A stretch of DNA of 61,735 nucleotides, counting the filler, from Collodictyon triciliatum (lineage: Eukaryota): assembly GCA_043381765.1 (NCBI GenBank). It is 8 parts of 8 records of this genome, joined end to end, with 100 filler letters (N's around TTAATTAATTAA, not from the genome) between each part and the next. Parts side by side here need not be neighbours in the genome. Positions count along the whole stretch, not along the records: positions 55,017 to 61,735 come from JBHJMP010004290.1; 7 more parts are not named here. One strand, 5' to 3'. A program made the position numbers and the translations under genes. Position 1 is the first letter of the stretch, and every line of letters begins with the position of its first letter. Below are positions 56,390 to 61,735 of the stretch, piece by piece. The notes beneath the pieces are model-generated. The model made no database searches. It was given only the letters and a program-made list of their open reading frames with translations, and was not told the origin of the DNA.

Positions 56390-56862
56390 TTCATCATTAC
56401 ATGATTTGATACTTTCTTCGTATCATAATTTAATAATTTCTTCATGTTATGATTTCAATATTTTTTTTTCACATTATGATTTAATTATTTTCTTCATATT
56501 ACTATATCAATATTTTCTTCATTTAATGATTAGAAGCCCTTGCACCATGATTTCTGATATCAATATTTTCTTCATCTAATGATTTAAATTCGTTACACCA
56601 TTCCAATATTTTCTTCATATAATGATTTAAATTCGCTATACCATTCATTTCATGATTTCATTATTTTCTTCATTTAATGATTCCATTATTTTCTTCATTT
56701 AATGATTCCATTATATTCTTCATTTAATTATTTAAAGTTATATAATGATTTAAATTCGATATACCATTCATTTAATGATTCCATTATTTTCTTCATTTAG
56801 TTATTTAATATTGTTATATGATTCCATTATTTTCTTCATTTAGTTATTTAATGCTGTTATAT
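56390..56862. repeat. Imperfect AT-rich tandem array (core TATTTTCTTCATTTAATGATT)
   Basis: About 11 copies of TT(T)CTTCAT followed by (T/A)ATGATT variants, ending ~20 bp upstream of the tRNA. Confidence 0.8.
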
Positions 56863-56883
56863 GCTTCGCAGCTTCTAAGTGCA

Positions 56884-56955
56884 GGGGATATGGTGTAGTG
56901 GTATCACGTTCGCTTTGCATGCGAAAGGCCATGGGTTCGATCCCCGTTATCTCCA
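56884..56955 (+). tRNA. tRNA-Ala (anticodon UGC)
   Basis: Acceptor stem GGGGATA/TATCTCC with the G3:U70 alanine identity pair and discriminator A. Anticodon arm TTCGC-TTTGCAT-GCGAA (TGC at 56916-56918), T-loop GGTTCGATCC, and TTTT ~12 nt downstream. Confidence 0.96.
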
Positions 56956-57252
56956 GCTAAACTTATGTTTTGGCCTCTCGTCTGTCTGGATTGCTGCTGA
57001 TTCATCGTTTCTTCTAGTATATTTTCTTTGAAACGAATATGGATTTTTTTATTATTGATTTATTTTTGAAGTTGCGTTGTAGAAAATCTGAAGTATGTTG
57101 TCTTTCATGTTTTAGTACAGGAGCTTGTCAATAAGTTGTTCATCCTCACAGAACCTATATTGAGAAGTAGAAACAAGCGCGTCGGTGAGCAATTATTTCA
57201 TATCCGAGCTTGCGAGATATTCAATATCATAGTAATGGTTTTTTTTTCTCTG

Positions 57253-60200
57253 TCAATACTTCTTCGACAAGAGAGCAGATGACTTTGGTTTCCTCGGGCC
57301 TGGATTCTTTGGCTTCATTATAGCTTCCCTTCTCACGGAATCTGATGTATCGAATTTTTTCCAGTGAATTAAAGCGTGTGAAATAAACAAAAACGATTCA
57401 TCATAACCAGGGCGAGGCGTTGTAGACAGGTTGTTTGAGTGGCAAGGACTTGAATTACAAATATTATCACATGATTATAAAACAAACATGAATCATCCAG
57501 GTTTTCCGAATATGTATTTTCCTTATCAATCTTATTCCCACTTATTGGAGGCAAAATATCGCCACTTGGTCGACTTTTCGAAGAATCTGGTGTATGTATA
57601 CTGAATTAAACATGCCAATATACCTTCAGATAAAAGTTATGATAGTTTGTTCGCCTTTTTTTCTCCATGTATACAAACCCGATATATAGGAAGGCTGCTG
57701 GTATTTCAATTTTGTATTACTAGCGAGATTCAAGCGCATACTATCAGAATTTCCGCGTTTGTTAGCCTAAATCAAGAGGAAGATACATGTTGAGGCTCCC
57801 GAGTTATCATCGGATGCATAAACTTAGAGGAACAAATAATATGGTTGTTTTACTGAGAAGTGTGTACCTCTGACAATAAAATACATGCATTTTGACGAAC
57901 CACAGAGTCATGATGATTCGTCAGTAGACGAAAGTATGAAGAATATGGCTAAAATTGTTGAAATGCAATTTACTGTGATGAAATTATTATTATTTTTTTC
58001 GTTTGCGGTTGGTTGGTATATTGTTAGATTTAAATTGGACATCCCAAAGTTATACTTTCAATAAGTCAGCTTCGACGGGATGGTCTGATATGAGAAGAAT
58101 CAAAACGGACGAATATCGCTGCACTAAAGCAGCATCTGTTTTTCCCTTCAGCGAGTCCAACAAAAGCCGAATGAGAATAGGGGACCCAATGGACTGAGAA
58201 CATAAATAGATTAAGTAAGAACTGCTGCCATATGGATAGTTTGTAGTTCGCATTATAGACCATACCATGGTTATTTTTTAAAAAGGAATAAAATACCTTG
58301 ATGGATGCCAGATTTTTGAAAGTATGGATACAACAGTCCCTAACTCTATGGTTCGTCGAGTTAAGTCTTTTAATTAATAAAGGGATGACGCCGGCTAATT
58401 TTTCATGTGCAAATGTCATATCTAGTTGCTCCGCTAGTGTACCTAATGGCGTGGTTTGTTTCACGGAGAAGAAAATATATTAAGATTGGGTATCCATAAT
58501 TCTATTACTAGTAATTCATGTTCATAAAAACTACAGGCTGAATGAGAGATTACTTGAAAGATTCTCAAGAAATCTTAGTACCCCAGCCAGTGCAGAATGA
58601 TTTTGATTCTGAAGAAGAAAAGTAACGAGGATACAACCAGCATGAAATAGTTGTATCTATAGATATATATAATATTGTCAGCTCTAGAGGAAATTAAAGG
58701 GATTCATGAATCTCAATAACTATACTAATGACAAAGACATACAGGGTTGCTTCTCTTCTCAGGAGCCCAAAGAGACGCATCAGCAATATCAAGAATTAAT
58801 TTGTATTGATTAGGGGAGTATCCTTCTAGCAATTCAACGGCAGTATCTCCAAATACATTTCTCAACTGGTGGAGATCCGCAATTGGCATGTCAAATATTT
58901 CTAATCAAATACGTATGGTATAATGAGGAATATCAGCTAAGGTGCATTCTGATACAATATATTATTTGACATTCAAATATCTTTGAATCGAATAAAGGGG
59001 GAAAAATTGATATTCAAAAATGGTTATTATTGTCCCTTTCATTATGGACAGGATTTGTATTTTTGGAATTTATTTGCTTTCACAGACTATGAAGCAAGAT
59101 ATAAATTCAGTTATTTTTTTATGTTCACGAGAATTACCATCAGACTCGGTGCTCAGAGAGAACTTCATGCAAGGCGACGATAATTTTTTTTATAATTAGA
59201 TAATATCACAGTTTGATGGGGGATATACATAATCTTGAAAGAAAATGATGGTATGTTCGAAGTAACAAAGATTACATAAAATAAAAATTTACTTTTTTTG
59301 ACAACGGCGTGCGTGGGTTGTGATTACCACAAGACCTAGGGTAATTCAATTAAAATAGAAGAGCCTTTAAATTAGAAAAGCGATTAAATAATATACCTGA
59401 AATATTTGGATCGAATAACAGGAAGAAATAAAAAAAAAGCCTGACTGAATTGAGAAGAAAAAGGACGTGAACAAGTACCTTTGGTTCTCGGGTGTCAGCG
59501 ACAACGGAGTAATAGACGTTGAGTTCTCCGAAATTCTAGCATCTTTAACTTTTCTTCGTGGGGTGCATGAGAATTGATCAAATACACCAGCAGAAGGAAC
59601 GCTGATGGCCATTTCTCTATTGTCTTCGGAGGAATACAAGCACATATCGTCTGCATTTTCATCTGAGTTTCGATTGATATTATGTTGCAATTCAAGACCT
59701 TCCTTGAGTACCACAGATTCCTCCTGAGGTACCTTTTCATTTTGTTGACTGCGGCTAATACTTCTGGATGGTGATTCAGCGTGTGATGTAGGTGTATGAT
59801 GATCTTTTAACGGCAGAGAGTCGGTCGATAATTCCAGTAGCGTTTCAAAGGTTCTTGACTTGGTTTGGCTCAATAGTTGGGACATTGGTTTGTGAAAGTA
59901 ATATGCACTGGATTCTATGGTTAGCATTATTATTATTATTATTATTATTATTTATGGAAACATGAGCAATAAATATCTTTCAAAGGTACTCTGATAGAGC
60001 TAACATATCTTTCATTTCTTTCAAGAATGTTGCATATGTATTTTCTATTCTATATGAGCTGAAATGGTTCACCTGTTTTTGCACTCTTGTTTACACTTTG
60101 GACTGATATCGGAGCTTTGGACTGGTCAGCAGGGGGGTCGCGGTCATTTTTCATGGCAGTACTAGTATTTGCATCCCTCTTTGTGATTCGAGATACAATC

Positions 60201-60830
60201 GATTGATTGGCCTTATGAACCGAAGAGAAAATGCCATTTTTGACTCTGGTAACCATTCTTGAGACTCTGGATTGTGGAGACCCTCTCTCTGCAACGCATG
60301 AATCCTCTTTGTAAATCTCATGCTTCTGCCATCTTCTTGGACTGTGAAGCGACACCCTGTAGAGTTTAGCCCCAACACTGGAGACTGGACTGGCGTACGG
60401 TGCTAGAAGAGATATTTCGAGCACAGATACAATTTCGCATTATTTCTTAACAACTGTTTACAGCAATATGCTTTCATGAGGTCGCACGGATTCTTTCATT
60501 TAGAAGTGATCATATATATATGGATAGTGTATTATAATTCGTCAAGTATGGTGGACGATGGATATAAGGTAAGTGGCAAGATACAAGAAAAAAATGACAG
60601 AAACAATTACAAGAAAAAATGACAAGAAAAGAAAATATGCACTTCAAATCATCGAGGAGGAAAGGAATGGTGCGCAGCTGTACAGCAGAAATAAGAAAAT
60701 CTGTGGATTTTGGAAGGTAGTTTTACGCACATTGGCGAGCATCGTGCAGTCTTGGTGTTCTTCTCAATACGCCTGACGGACTCTTCCGGGGTGTCGCGAA
60801 AGAACCTGGTAGGGAAATGCCCTCATCCAT
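57253..60830 (-). CDS. HEAT/TOG-like helical repeat protein with a disordered N-terminus (pattern resembles the CEP104 TOG domain)
   Basis: Exons LRNVFGDTAVELL, LAGVIPLLIKRLNSTNHRVRDCCIHTFKNLASIK|SIGSPILIRLLLDSLKGK..SVLILLISD and HHDSVVRQNACILLSE. Start MDEGISL at 60830 is inferred and the ends are approximate. Confidence 0.6.
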
Positions 60831-61601
60831 AGGCTTCTGGAGGGCTGCACTGCGATTCTGTGTGGACGAATGGTCAGCCGTGGCGTCCTTTGTTCAACGC
60901 ACTCTCCTTTCGGGTTCTTTTCAGGTTTTTTTTTATTTATTTATTTATCATTATTATTATTATCATTATCATTTTTATCATATTTTTTTTTATTCTAAAA
61001 GTCTTAGCTGTTGAGCCCGTCTCAACAATCTTTCAAACAACCATCAGGCAAGTAGTTCCAAAGTATGTGGTGATGTGTGGGAGATAGAAAAAGAAAAACA
61101 GGGATAAAGGGAAGAAAGGGAAAAGAGATGTCCTTGAGGCTTGATAAGAGACGCATGGATTTCTTTTGGGGACGCGTGATAGAGTCCCGCGAGTATGAGA
61201 AAAAAAATTATTTTTATCATTATTATTGTAATTCCCTTTCATCCTTTCGTGCTGGTAAAACCACGCTTCAAGCAGACAGAAAGAAAAAAAGTCCTAATTA
61301 CTCTCAACGGCAATATCTATTTATGGAAAATATACAATATTTAATTAATAAACAATATGATGCGGAAAATTATCATTAATTAATATCAATAATTATTAAA
61401 ATATATATTTTCACCTATAATACAATCAAAATCTGCAGCTGAATGGACATAATTGGACACAACGACCAAAGCGAGCCAACCTACTCGCTGGCCTTGGGTG
61501 ATGCGGTGATGTGCTTGTTCATTTGGTTACCACTGAAAGCATTGTATTTGTCACTGTGGGCTCCGTTCTACTACTGTGATTAGCTGCGAGTTACACTGAA
61601 T

Positions 61602-61735
61602 AAAAACAAAAAACAAAAAACAGAAAACAAAAAACAAAAAACAGAAAACAGAAAACAGAAAACAGAAAACAGAAAACAGAAAACAGAAAACAGAAAACAG
61701 AAAACAGAAAACAGAAAACAGAAAACAGAAAACAG
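61602..61735. repeat. (AAAACAG)n microsatellite at the window end
   Basis: Direct reading. Confidence 0.95.

Noticed and set aside
56390-56862. CRISPR-like repeat-spacer array
   Set aside because: The context is eukaryotic, the repeats are degenerate, the intervening segments resemble each other, and there are no cas genes.

Overview
AT-rich, intron-rich, microsatellite-laden nuclear DNA from a eukaryote. It is probably a flagellated protist with peroxisomes, since it carries IFT140 and PEX14, and it appears to use the standard genetic code. The window is not one locus. Seven artificial N-TTAATTAATTAA-N spacers recur about every 6.83 kb, so it is a concatenation of one ~13.9 kb scaffold and seven ~6.7 kb contigs, and adjacency across spacers means nothing. 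Genes recovered by manual splicing: SEL1L/HRD3, a large VPS9-domain GEF, IFT140 (5'-truncated), a RING-pseudokinase-ubiquitin-like protein, a LxP[LIV]-motif protein, a Par3/HAL-N + >=6 SH3 protein, a degenerate RasGAP-DEP-DUF547 protein, an SV2/SVOP-like MFS transporter, a TPR protein, an LRR protein, PEX14, tRNA-Ala(UGC) and a TOG/HEAT protein. The most interesting signal is a multicopy, decayed two-RRM ORF1/gag-like element lying head-to-head just upstream of the tRNA-Ala gene behind an AT-rich tandem array, reminiscent of Dictyostelium TRE5 tRNA-targeting retrotransposons. Several unusual domain fusions with catalytically degenerate modules are also notable. All family assignments come from motif recognition by eye, with no database search.
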